Below, piece after piece: positions 9,434-18,426 of a stretch of 64,000 nucleotides of DNA (the first letter of the stretch is position 1; the number at the start of each line of letters is the position of its first letter). A program made the translations under genes and the position numbers. The DNA lies in the NCBI GenBank assembly GCA_014379905.1, contig JACMKX010000157.1, positions 19,983-83,982 of the forward strand, written 5' to 3'. Under the pieces are notes generated by a model that had not been told where the DNA came from, did not search any database, and saw only the letters and a list, made by a program, of their open reading frames with translations. Source of the stretch: Ferruginibacter sp. (lineage in GTDB: Bacteria; Bacteroidota; Bacteroidia; Chitinophagales; Chitinophagaceae).

Positions 9434-12400
9434 TTAATCCTGGTATTCATTCCGGTATTTATAACTATCATATTCGGACCCATAGAAATTTTTCCCGCTG
9501 TTATAAAAGCTGAATACAGATTTTTTAAGTTCTTTGTTAAGCTGTTCATCCAGCGGCTCATCTTTCATTAATTTTTTATCCGTAAGAGAAGTCAGTTCAC
9601 CATCGCTGCTCAGTTCTTTGTCTTTTAAAGGCTGCAGGCCACTGAAAGCAATTTTCCAGTCATCTGTTTTTTTAATGCGGTATTTAAAAAAGTAAACCTG
9701 CCCGGTTTTATTTTTAATGGTAGTGACTGATTTTTTTAAGAATACCAGGGAATCCATTTTATCATACTGGTTAGCCATTACCAGGTAGCTTCTTGCCAGG
9801 GCCAGTTGGCTGGCATATGCTTTCGGAAATTTATCCAGGCGGCCGGCTTCTTCCAGCTTGAAATATAAAAGCCCCCTGTATTTATCGTCTGCAGCCAGTT
9901 TTTGCAAAATACTATCAGGTATCGCTTTATTGTTTCTCAAAAAGAGCACGGCTGTATTCATACGCACTTTATCATCCTTGCTCACCAATAACCGCCTAAA
10001 GAACTGCTGTACATTTTTATTGGTTTCATAAAAAGGCATGAGTAATACTGCATAATCGTTCAAGCCATAGTCGCCCCCGTTATCCTTGTATTCTCTTTCC
10101 GGCTCTTCTTCTTCCTCCTCTTCTTTTTTCAATTCTTCTTCCAGCTTTTTTTCTTCTTTAGCCTGCTGTTTTCTTAAAGCAACTTTACCATCAATATAAA
10201 TTCCCGGGAAATAATTTTCGTATTCCTTAGCTTTTATATAACCGCTGTCAACCAGGGTTACCAGCAGTTCGGTGATATTTTCCTTATAATCATTTAAAGT
10301 AGATAGTTGCAATATTTGCGGAAACAATGCGGCACTCAGTTGTAGTGAGTCATAAAAATGATTAAAGAAAGAAGAATAATCCCCGTTGTCTTCAAAAATG
10401 GGCGGGTCCTGCAACATCAGCTCCTTCAATATTTTAAAAGAGCTGTTTGTTTTCAATCTTGCCAGGGCAATAATGGCTTCGTTCTGAAACATGCTGGTAT
10501 CAGCAGTTTGTTCATATATTTTTTTAAGATACACCGGTATATCGTTGGTGATTGTATCCTTTATATAACCCAGTTCTGCAATCAATCTTGTTTTAGAATC
10601 AAAATAATCTTTGTCTTTTATAGACAACCTGTTGATGGCATTGTATAACATCTTAGATCCATCTGCACTGAAGAAAATATTTGAAATTGATTGTTGGGCT
10701 CTTTTATGCGTTGCACTATCCTTACTAAAAAGATCTTCAAAAAATAAAGGAATTTTCGACTGGTAAATATTTTCTGTCCCAACTGCCTCGGTAGGTCTGA
10801 AGCTGGTGAAGATACTATTTGCCAAACCATTTTGTTTACTCAGTGTATCCGACATACTGGAAAGTGTGAAAAGATATTTCCCTTTTAAAACAATCAGTTT
10901 ATTGATAACCCTGCTGGAAGCAGTATCCCTGATCGTGATATGACAGGCGGTGGTGGCACCATTGTCTGTTGTAAACATTTGCCTGCTTTGCAGTACCATT
11001 TCTTCTTTTGAAAGCTGCTCTTCTATTTCTGCCTTCCAGAATTTAGCAGAGTCTTTTATGTAATAATATTTAGGGTATTCCTGCATTTGTACAGAAACAA
11101 GATCCCCGCTTTTTTCATCCCTGAATAAACCATTACGGGCTTTTTTCCAGTAGGTGATGTAACCGTTGTTATTATTTCCATTGGCAGCATCTTCCATCGT
11201 TTGTTCAATGATGGTGCGGATGCCTGCGTCAATTTCAGGTGCAACCGGTGTGGTCATATTAATGCGCAGGAAAGTATCGGTATATTGTTGTGCATCCGCA
11301 TAAGTATATCCGGCAAATTTGAAAGTTTTATAGAAGGTAAAAGCCTTATCTGCGCTGCTGTTGCTCCGTTGCGCCAGCACATAATAATGCGGGCCTTTAA
11401 TTACAAACATGGCATGGATAAAAACACCGCTCTTTAATTTCTCTTTCACCACCAATGCCGGGTAGCCGCTGATAGTTGTATTTTGCCTGCTAACCTGTTT
11501 GTCGAAAATATCGCCACTACGAAACGAAGTTTCAATAAGTGCAAGATCAAAACTATCGGCTTCAAGGAAATCAAAATTATACACTGTTTTTTTCATTACG
11601 AGGTAAGCATCGCCTGTTGTTTTATCAACGGCTTCATACTCCCAACGCTCTTCCTCCGAATTATTATTATACACGTGTGGCTCATGTGGCATCTTTATTT
11701 CAAAGCCTGCCGGGCCGGGTTTAAAATTTAATGCGGTTGGTGCATATTCTTTTAATTTGACAGAGGAAAAGAAACGTTGTCCTTCTTCCCCATCAACATA
11801 ATTATTTTTCCCACTCATTTTAAAAATGATTACTTCAAAGGGTGTGAAAAAAATATGATAGCGCTGCATATCACCACGGCGGGTGCGGTTCACAATATCC
11901 AGGCCGTTGTAGCCATTGCGGGTAACCGGTTTTTTTGAAATGATATTGCCGGGAATATATTCGTATAAAAGGCTATCGGTTTTTTTTGCTACATCTGTTG
12001 GCGACTGGTGTATAAAAGAGGCATAGGTTTTAACACGGGTTACCATGTAATAGGAACCATTGCTCATGTCGGCATATTGTGTGCGATTGAGTTGCTGGTA
12101 ATTACTTTGTAAGGAGTAGAGAGGGCCTGGAACATCTACTGAATAGGCGCCATCTGCTGCTTCCTGGCTGCTGAAGCTGACCGCCACTTTCATATCGTTG
12201 ATGGCATCTTTTTGGGCCGCATCCCTGTCAGTCATTTTAACGGGGCGGAGAATGTAACCCTTTTTCCGGAGCCGGTCTATCACCCCACGGGTGCCGGGCA
12301 AATGAGCGGCTCCCACACCTACAAAAAGAGAACGTTTTTTTATAATGCTATCAATGGCATCGGCCTGTATGTCGTTTCTTTTGTACAAAAATTTCTCCCT

Positions 12401-13153
12401 GAAGGCAACAGATTTCTCCAGTTTGTTATCCAGGGAATCCATCAGGTCAAGGTCGCCATTGCGGTAAGCTGTTTGTAATTTTTGCAACAGGCTACTCATA
12501 GATTCGCCATCGAGGTCAATTTCTTTTTTCTTTTTTTCATTGGCCATATCCCTGTAGGCTTCCATCACCAGCTTTTCCGACTCATAATAATCTTCTACGC
12601 CGGCAGGTGCTTTCCCCAGTTTACGGCCGGCCTGGTATATGTAGAGATCGAGAAAAGTATCTTCTTCAAAATCTTCCTTTACTTTATAGGACCGATAGAG
12701 CAAACTGTTTACTACCGGGGGTTCGGTGCTTAGTGCAGCCTTTAGGTTGTCTTCGTAATGGGTTATTTTAAAACTGTTCTCCGTTATATAATCATTTCCG
12801 CCACTTTGGGAGAAGGAAGTAAAATTATCGTTGAGTTTTACCAGGCGTACCATTTGTGCCTGCCACAGGTCAGGGTTTAGTTCTAATGCAACTGCATCCA
12901 CATTTTTCAAAGCATAATAAAAAGAATCGCTTAAATGAAAAGCCAGTTTACTGCTCACGTGCATGGTTCCAAAAAGGTAGGACGGCTTTTGAAGACCGTT
13001 GCCGGTGATCTCCCATAATAAACCCTGGTATTTGGTATTGGCTTGCTGTGCCCGGGATTGGAAAAAGCTACAAAATATAAGGAAACAAAGCGGTAGAATT
13101 CTTTTTACATGCATCGTAGTGAAATGACTTATTGCCAGAGGATAAAGTTGCAT
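9434..13153 (-). CDS. TraB/GumN-family domain protein with about 950-aa C-terminal extension
   Basis: GLLWEITGNGLQKPSYLFGTMHV and VGAAHLPG are TraB/GumN hallmarks in the first 300 aa or so. The likely true start is MHVKRILPLCFLIFCSFFQSRAQ at 13111. There is an acidic KKEEEEEEEPE tract. Confidence 0.8.
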   Translation of the reverse strand: MQLYPLAISHFTTMHVKRILPLCFLIFCSFFQSRAQQANTKYQGLLWEITGNGLQKPSYLFGTMHVSSKLAFHLSDSFYYALKNVDAVALELNPDLWQAQMVRLVKLNDNFTSFSQSGGNDYITENSFKITHYEDNLKAALSTEPPVVNSLLYRSYKVKEDFEEDTFLDLYIYQAGRKLGKAPAGVEDYYESEKLVMEAYRDMANEKKKKEIDLDGESMSSLLQKLQTAYRNGDLDLMDSLDNKLEKSVAFREKFLYKRNDIQADAIDSIIKKRSLFVGVGAAHLPGTRGVIDRLRKKGYILRPVKMTDRDAAQKDAINDMKVAVSFSSQEAADGAYSVDVPGPLYSLQSNYQQLNRTQYADMSNGSYYMVTRVKTYASFIHQSPTDVAKKTDSLLYEYIPGNIISKKPVTRNGYNGLDIVNRTRRGDMQRYHIFFTPFEVIIFKMSGKNNYVDGEEGQRFFSSVKLKEYAPTALNFKPGPAGFEIKMPHEPHVYNNNSEEERWEYEAVDKTTGDAYLVMKKTVYNFDFLEADSFDLALIETSFRSGDIFDKQVSRQNTTISGYPALVVKEKLKSGVFIHAMFVIKGPHYYVLAQRSNSSADKAFTFYKTFKFAGYTYADAQQYTDTFLRINMTTPVAPEIDAGIRTIIEQTMEDAANGNNNNGYITYWKKARNGLFRDEKSGDLVSVQMQEYPKYYYIKDSAKFWKAEIEEQLSKEEMVLQSRQMFTTDNGATTACHITIRDTASSRVINKLIVLKGKYLFTLSSMSDTLSKQNGLANSIFTSFRPTEAVGTENIYQSKIPLFFEDLFSKDSATHKRAQQSISNIFFSADGSKMLYNAINRLSIKDKDYFDSKTRLIAELGYIKDTITNDIPVYLKKIYEQTADTSMFQNEAIIALARLKTNSSFKILKELMLQDPPIFEDNGDYSSFFNHFYDSLQLSAALFPQILQLSTLNDYKENITELLVTLVDSGYIKAKEYENYFPGIYIDGKVALRKQQAKEEKKLEEELKKEEEEEEEPEREYKDNGGDYGLNDYAVLLMPFYETNKNVQQFFRRLLVSKDDKVRMNTAVLFLRNNKAIPDSILQKLAADDKYRGLLYFKLEEAGRLDKFPKAYASQLALARSYLVMANQYDKMDSLVFLKKSVTTIKNKTGQVYFFKYRIKKTDDWKIAFSGLQPLKDKELSSDGELTSLTDKKLMKDEPLDEQLNKELKKSVFSFYNSGKNFYGSEYDSYKYRNEYQD

Positions 13154-13208
13154 ATAAATAACACAAAATTCAAAAAAACATTGTGTGGAAAATGCTAATT
13201 AGCTGATG

Positions 13209-13270
13209 TATCATAGTTCATAGGTCATGGCCGAATAGCTGACGCCTATGAACTATGATCCATGAACTAT
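13209..13270. repeat. ATGAACTAT-family stutter module with a perfect 13-bp inverted repeat
   Basis: catagttcatagg (13212-13224) and cctatgaactatg (13245-13257) are exact reverse complements, and atccatgaactat follows. It lies in a divergent promoter region. Confidence 0.85.
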
Positions 13271-13313
13271 ATGCCAGGAAAAAATTTGGTGGTTTAATCC
13301 GGTTAAAATATAT

Positions 13314-13321
13314 TAACTTTG
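13314..13321 (+). promoter_or_regulatory. Bacteroidetes-type -7 box TAACTTTG upstream of queA
   Basis: Matches the TAnnTTTG consensus about 110 nt upstream of the queA ATG. Confidence 0.4.
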
Positions 13322-13432
13322 CGCTCTTTTACATCATGCCGTAACATGATATCTGCCCTTAAAAAGGCCCTATCTCTGTAAAATTTACAGTACCTGGCAT
13401 GTGATAAATAACTTTTAAATAAAATTTATTGC

Positions 13433-14482
13433 ATGAAATTATCCCAATTCAGATTTGACCTACCCCTTAACCTGATCGCTCAACATCCCACCAAAAAAAG
13501 AGAAGAAAGCCGAATGATGGTGATCAACCGGAAAACCGGTGAGATCGAAAACCGCCATTTCCGTGATATCATGGAGTATTTCGATGATAAGGATGTGTTC
13601 GTGGTAAACAATACCAAGGTTTTTCCTGCCCGTATGTATGGCCGCAAAGAAAAAACAGGTGCTAAAATTGAAGTATTCCTGCTGAGAGAACTGAACAAGA
13701 CCAACAAACTTTGGGATGTAATTGTAGACCCGGCCCGTAAAATTCGTGTGGGTAACAAATTATATTTTGGTGAAAGCGATGAACTGGTTGCCGAAGTAAT
13801 TGACAATACTACCAGCCGTGGGCGTACGATCCGTTTTCTTTGGGATGGTACCGATGATGAATTTCGCCAGATGCTGGACATCATGGGCGAAACACCTTTG
13901 CCAAAATACATCAAACGCAAACCGGAAGAAGAAGATAAAGAACGCTACCAAACGGTTTATGCAAAGCATGAAGGTGCCGTGGCTGCTCCTACTGCAGGTT
14001 TGCATTTTAGCAAAGAACTGATTAAGAGATTAGAGATCCAGGGAATCCGTTTTGCAGAAGTAACCTTACACACCGGCCTGGGAACTTTTCGCCCGATTGA
14101 AGTAGAAGACCTGAGCAAACATAAAATGGATGCAGAGTATTACAATATCAATGAAACAGCCTGCAGTATTGTAAACAAAGCAAAACAAGGTGGCAACCGT
14201 ATTTGTTCTATTGGTACCACTACCATGCGTGCCATGGAAACTTCTTATACTGCACAACAATTATTAAAACCATCAGAGGGCTGGACGAATCATTTTATTC
14301 ACCCGCCTTACAATTTTAATATTGCCGATTCACTGGTTACCAATTTTCACCTGCCAAAAACAAGCCTGCTCATCATGGCCTGTGCTTTTGCGGGTTACGA
14401 CCTGATGATGGAGGCCTACAAAAAAGCAATAAAAGATAAATATCGTTTCTTTAGTTATGGAGATGCGATGCTGATCATTTAA
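13433..14482 (+). CDS. queA: S-adenosylmethionine:tRNA ribosyltransferase-isomerase
   Basis: 349 aa. [19 protein letters not shown]..., TAGLHFS and [10 protein letters not shown] are conserved QueA blocks. Confidence 0.95.
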   Translation: MKLSQFRFDLPLNLIAQHPTKKREESRMMVINRKTGEIENRHFRDIMEYFDDKDVFVVNNTKVFPARMYGRKEKTGAKIEVFLLRELNKTNKLWDVIVDPARKIRVGNKLYFGESDELVAEVIDNTTSRGRTIRFLWDGTDDEFRQMLDIMGETPLPKYIKRKPEEEDKERYQTVYAKHEGAVAAPTAGLHFSKELIKRLEIQGIRFAEVTLHTGLGTFRPIEVEDLSKHKMDAEYYNINETACSIVNKAKQGGNRICSIGTTTMRAMETSYTAQQLLKPSEGWTNHFIHPPYNFNIADSLVTNFHLPKTSLLIMACAFAGYDLMMEAYKKAIKDKYRFFSYGDAMLII

Positions 14483-14489
14483 TTATGAT

Positions 14490-14560
14490 GTCAGGCTGAG
14501 CCTGTCGAGACAGGATTTATGGGTGATAAGTTACCCGCCTTCTATAAGCTCAGGTTGACA
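14490..14560. repeat. REP-like palindromic element
   Basis: gtcaggctgagc (14490-14501) versus gctcaggttgac (14549-14560) is a 10/12 inverted repeat. An internal perfect palindrome cctgtcgagacagg lies at 14501-14514. Confidence 0.55.
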
Positions 14561-14590
14561 GCATTTTTTTATCAAGCCAATCCTTTTTTA

Positions 14591-14620
14591 AAAATGCTCC
14601 TCAACGGGAGCATTTTTATT
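14591..14620 (+). terminator. Rho-independent terminator of queA
   Basis: aaaatgctcc-tcaacg-ggagcatttt hairpin plus a T-run. Confidence 0.75.
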
Positions 14621-14646
14621 TACCTTCAAACCCAAAATAACTTACC

Positions 14647-14928
14647 ATGTTGAGCAATAACGATATACTAAAAAAACTTAGGGTTGCCCTCCAGTTGCGC
14701 AACGATGACATTATTGAAATACTAAAACTGGTGGATTTTGAGATCACCAAAGGGGCGTTGGGAGACCTCTTTCGCAATGAAGACCAGCCTGGTTATGTGG
14801 AAGCGGGCGACCAGGTATTGCGCAATTTTTTAAACGGCCTCATTATTTACAAAAGAGGGCAACTGCCTGAAGCTAAAGTAATTGAAAAGGAAAAAGACCT
14901 CGATAAAAAGAAAGATGAGAAGAAATAA
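14647..14928 (+). CDS. DUF1456 (YehS-like) family protein
   Basis: 93 aa. MLSNNDILKKLRVALQLRNDDIIEIL...GALGDLFRNED matches the duplicated-helix DUF1456 pattern. Confidence 0.7.
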   Translation: MLSNNDILKKLRVALQLRNDDIIEILKLVDFEITKGALGDLFRNEDQPGYVEAGDQVLRNFLNGLIIYKRGQLPEAKVIEKEKDLDKKKDEKK

Positions 14929-15080
14929 TGCTGGTCTCAAACAGAGGAAGGGATAAAAATAAAAGGGGCCTAGATGGAAATCTGAGCCCGTATTAATCCA
15001 ATATCCTATGAAAAACCACTGTTAAAACGCAGGGTGGGCGCAAATATTGTTGACGAGGAAAAATTATTACACGCATAAGG

Positions 15081-15104
15081 CGAATTACACGAATTGCACG
15101 AATT
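15081..15104. repeat. 9-bp stutter repeat (cgaattaca cgaattgca cgaatt)
   Basis: Three CGAATT words at 9-bp spacing. A near reverse complement occurs at 50949-50972. Confidence 0.85.
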
Positions 15105-15171
15105 AAAAAACCCGGCCAGGGTTAAAACACTGACTGGGTTAGGCGGAACTTTACCAGTAAAATTAGCTGTA

Positions 15172-15807
15172 ATGAAAAAATGCACAATCTTACTGATACT
15201 GTTGTTGAACTACACATGCTCAACAGCTCAACAAGTATCTGTTGCAAATGAAAGAGAAAATTTTTTTTACGTAGGATTAGACAATCCCCTATCTATTGCA
15301 GTAGAAGGATTATTCAACAAATCATTGGTAATAAAAGCGATCAACGGAACGCTCCTGGAAGAAAATGGCAGGTATAGCTTCCGGCCGGATAGCGTGGGGT
15401 TATCGGAGATCACTATTTACAAAAAAAGCAATGGACAATTAAAGGAGATAGGTAAAAAACAGTTTCGTTCTAAAAACCTCCCTCTGCCGTTTTTCAAGAT
15501 CGGAAGTGGAAGACCTACTGTTACCTCAGAAGAAATAGCAGGACAGCAATTTGTGAGGTCCGAAATTGAGGGTTTAGAAATTAATATAAAAATTAACCTA
15601 ATCGAATTTAATGTTCATGTTATCTCCGACTCCGGCCAATCAACTTTTAAAAATACTGGCAATCAGTTATCCAATGAAACCAGGGAGAAATTCAAAAGTC
15701 TAAAAACTGGTGATATTTTATTGTTTACTGATATTTATGTTGGTATGCCCGATAAAAAGAAATACCTGGTACAAAATGTTTCAGTTAATATAAAAAACAA
15801 AGAATAA
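15172..15807 (+). CDS. Secreted protein resembling GldM C-terminal (Ig-like) domains
   Basis: ATG at 15172 gives signal MKKCTILLILLLNYTCSTAQ. FFYVGLDNPLSIAVEG and FRSKNLPLPFFKIG resemble the LY.G.DNP..I and FRVK.(I/L)P.P signatures of GldM periplasmic domains. Called by eye only. Confidence 0.45.
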   Translation: MKKCTILLILLLNYTCSTAQQVSVANERENFFYVGLDNPLSIAVEGLFNKSLVIKAINGTLLEENGRYSFRPDSVGLSEITIYKKSNGQLKEIGKKQFRSKNLPLPFFKIGSGRPTVTSEEIAGQQFVRSEIEGLEINIKINLIEFNVHVISDSGQSTFKNTGNQLSNETREKFKSLKTGDILLFTDIYVGMPDKKKYLVQNVSVNIKNKE

Positions 15808-15820
15808 ATTTCATAAAAAA

Positions 15821-15962
15821 ATGAACTATGGTCAATAGTTCATGGTCTATAGACCAGTATAATTCTTTAAAAAGTTTCTATTAAAACGAAAATAGTCTGA
15901 ACTAATATTTGACAAATCCTCTGTAATACACGTCTATGGACCATCAACCGTGGACTATGGAC
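15821..15962. repeat. ATGAACTAT / GGACTATGG stutter modules between convergent genes
   Basis: atgaactatggtcaatagttcatggtctatagaccag (15821-15857) contains a 9-bp inverted repeat and a 12-bp palindrome. gtctatggaccatcaaccgtggactatggac lies at 15932-15962. Confidence 0.8.
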
Positions 15963-15967
15963 TTCTC

Positions 15968-17290
15968 TCACTCCAACCCAAACAACCCTTCATTCAACAC
16001 CTGCAACGTTTGCTCCTTATAACTCCTCGGTATCAGTAAAGAAATATTATGCCTGCTGCCACCATAACTTACCATGCGCACGGGGATGGCATTAATGGCT
16101 TCAAACAGCCTGAACATCACGTCTTTTGTTTCCGTGATCTCGTTGCCCACAATAGATACAATGGTTTGGTTGGTGTCTATCTCCACCGTTCCGAAAGCTT
16201 CCAGTTCTTTGGTGATCTGTTGAATATAAATATCGCTGTCGATGGTAACAGAAACGGCTACTTCCGATGTAGTGATCATATCTATTGACGTGCGGTATTT
16301 TTCAAACACTTCAAATACTTTTCTTAAAAAACCATACGCCAGCAACATGCGGCTGCTTTTTATTTTTATAGCGGTGATGTTATCCTTTGCAGCTACTGCC
16401 TTCACGCCATTGCTGCCTGCTTCTTCGGAGATGAGTGTTCCCTTGGCCGAAGGATCCATGGTGTTCAACAATTTTACCGGCACATTGTAAAACTGTGCAG
16501 GCCAGATACTGGCCGGGTGTAAAATTTTTGCGCCGAAATAAGCAAGTTCCGCCGCTTCTTCAAAACTTAATTGTTCAATGGGCCTCGTGGTTTTTACCAC
16601 ACGTGGATCATTGTTGTGCATACCATCAATATCTGTCCATATCTCGCAAACACTGGCGTTGATGGCTGCAGCTATCAATGAGGCACTGTAATCGCTTCCG
16701 CCTCTCTTTAAATTATCAACTTCGCCTTTTGCATTGCGGGTAATGTAGCCTTGTGTTACGAAAACGCCTACTTCTTTATGTCTTTGTAATATTTGCGCCA
16801 GCTTTACTTTTATGGTTCCCACCTGTGGCTCATCCTGGTTATCGAGGCTCATAAAATCAAGCGCAGGTAAGAGGCGGTGATTGATCTGTTGTTCTTCCAA
16901 ATGCAAACAAAATAATTTGGTGCTGAGCAATTCCCCTTGCGCCAAAATATCTTTATTCAATGCTTCGCTGAAAGAAATTTTAAGGATAATGCTTAAAAAT
17001 TCAAAGTGTTCGGCTAATATTTTTTTCGCCTTTTCCAGCACAGTTGCATCCTGCAATAATTCGGTAACAAATTGTTGGTAGTGTTGCTCCAGGGCATTGA
17101 TTTTATCCTGCGCACCATGGCGGTCGTTGGTTGATAATAAAGTACTTATTTCTACCAATGCATTGGTGGTGCCGCTCAATGCAGACAACACAACGATTTT
17201 AGGTTCTTCGGTGGAAGTGATCAGGGCTGCCACTTCTCTCATTCTCTGTGGCTTGCCTACGCTGGTGCCACCAAACTTCATTACTTTCAT
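15968..17290 (-). CDS. lysC: Aspartate kinase
   Basis: 440 aa with MKVMKFGGTSVG start, an amino-acid kinase fold, and C-terminal ACT-type region. Confidence 0.9.
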   Translation of the reverse strand: MKVMKFGGTSVGKPQRMREVAALITSTEEPKIVVLSALSGTTNALVEISTLLSTNDRHGAQDKINALEQHYQQFVTELLQDATVLEKAKKILAEHFEFLSIILKISFSEALNKDILAQGELLSTKLFCLHLEEQQINHRLLPALDFMSLDNQDEPQVGTIKVKLAQILQRHKEVGVFVTQGYITRNAKGEVDNLKRGGSDYSASLIAAAINASVCEIWTDIDGMHNNDPRVVKTTRPIEQLSFEEAAELAYFGAKILHPASIWPAQFYNVPVKLLNTMDPSAKGTLISEEAGSNGVKAVAAKDNITAIKIKSSRMLLAYGFLRKVFEVFEKYRTSIDMITTSEVAVSVTIDSDIYIQQITKELEAFGTVEIDTNQTIVSIVGNEITETKDVMFRLFEAINAIPVRMVSYGGSRHNISLLIPRSYKEQTLQVLNEGLFGLE

Positions 17291-17470
17291 TCGTTACATT
17301 TATTGTTTTGCCAAATGGAATTTGTTATATGAAACACATACCAGTCCTGTTAAAACCTGGCCCATTTCAATCGTCCCCCCACCTGTATGTTTAAGGATAT
17401 ACGCAGCAGTTAAAAGCCTGCTGCACTCAAAGTGATGCGAAAATAATCATTACAAGGCAGAAAACAGTTC

Positions 17471-18412
17471 TTACTGCGTGTAAGTAAAAATTCCCTTGCA
17501 AAGAAAGGTTTCCGTTCCCAAACCGGGGTCGTACTCTTTTACAATAACAGATGCAGGGAAATTATTTGATTTGTATATATAAGTAAATCTTCTTCCGAAG
17601 TTTACCTCGGTAGCATCAAAATATTTTATCGTGTTAGCAATTTGCAATGGATTATTTTTCTGCATCAACTGCCAGCCATCCATTTCAAAATGCAGCACCG
17701 GTGTAAGGTTCAACATTTTTTGTGCAAGTAAAAACGGATTGATTTTGGTATCATAGGTAAACCCCAGTTTTTCGATCGTGTATTCTCCCAGTCCATCATG
17801 GGAAGTATCGGTTTGGCTAAGGGTATTGCCATTTATAACATTGATGTGTAAGGTATCTGAACTTTCAAACAGGTCTGGAGCTGACGGCCCCGATATGTAT
17901 TCAACTCTGCCATTTACGATCATCTTACCAGTGGAATAGGAATACCTGTTTACTTCTACAGAATAATCATTGTCAGCTGCGTTCATACTGGTAATAGAAT
18001 CCCTGGTACGCTGGCCGGAGGTATTGTAAAAAAAGTAAGCAGTATCCCTGTAGGAATAAAATTCTATCCCATCAAAGTTACTACTGATGGAAGTGATACG
18101 GTAGGGCAATGTATCGCTTCCATTATAACTGAACTTTAAAATATAACTTATACCCGGTATGCCTGTTGCATGATCAAATTCGAAACGGCTTGTTGTCATT
18201 GTCATCCGTTTTTGGGTATCATAAGTATATATGTGTGCTGAAACGGTATCGTTGCCACTGGCTAAAGTCGTATCCAGCTCAATATAACTTTTAAGTAAAG
18301 TACTGTCATTTACAGGATCTACCGGTGGTTCTACCTCTTCTACAGTGAAGTCTTTCTGGCAGGAGATAACGACCATAGTAATGGCTATCAGCATCAACAA
18401 TTTTCTTAGCAT
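17471..18412 (-). CDS. Hypothetical lipoprotein
   Basis: ATG at 18412 gives MLRKLLMLIAITMVVISCQ lipobox. It starts 15 nt downstream of the Ldh-family gene stop. No recognisable domain. Confidence 0.6.
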   Translation of the reverse strand: MLRKLLMLIAITMVVISCQKDFTVEEVEPPVDPVNDSTLLKSYIELDTTLASGNDTVSAHIYTYDTQKRMTMTTSRFEFDHATGIPGISYILKFSYNGSDTLPYRITSISSNFDGIEFYSYRDTAYFFYNTSGQRTRDSITSMNAADNDYSVEVNRYSYSTGKMIVNGRVEYISGPSAPDLFESSDTLHINVINGNTLSQTDTSHDGLGEYTIEKLGFTYDTKINPFLLAQKMLNLTPVLHFEMDGWQLMQKNNPLQIANTIKYFDATEVNFGRRFTYIYKSNNFPASVIVKEYDPGLGTETFLCKGIFTYTQ

Positions 18413-18426
18413 TTCAGGGTAAATTT

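Noticed and set aside
15094-15171. Upstream extension of the GldM-like ORF, and similar alternative-start extensions at 2022, 45807, 50427, 57535 and 48187
   Set aside because: In each case an internal ATG immediately precedes a typical signal peptide or conserved family N-terminus. The extensions also run through stutter-repeat DNA.
17291-17470. Lysine riboswitch (L-box) in the 180-nt region upstream of lysC
   Set aside because: I could not find the conserved L-box core elements. The only clear structure is a gcagcag/ctgctgc hairpin (17403-17424) that may terminate the upstream lipoprotein gene. A cmscan search would settle it.
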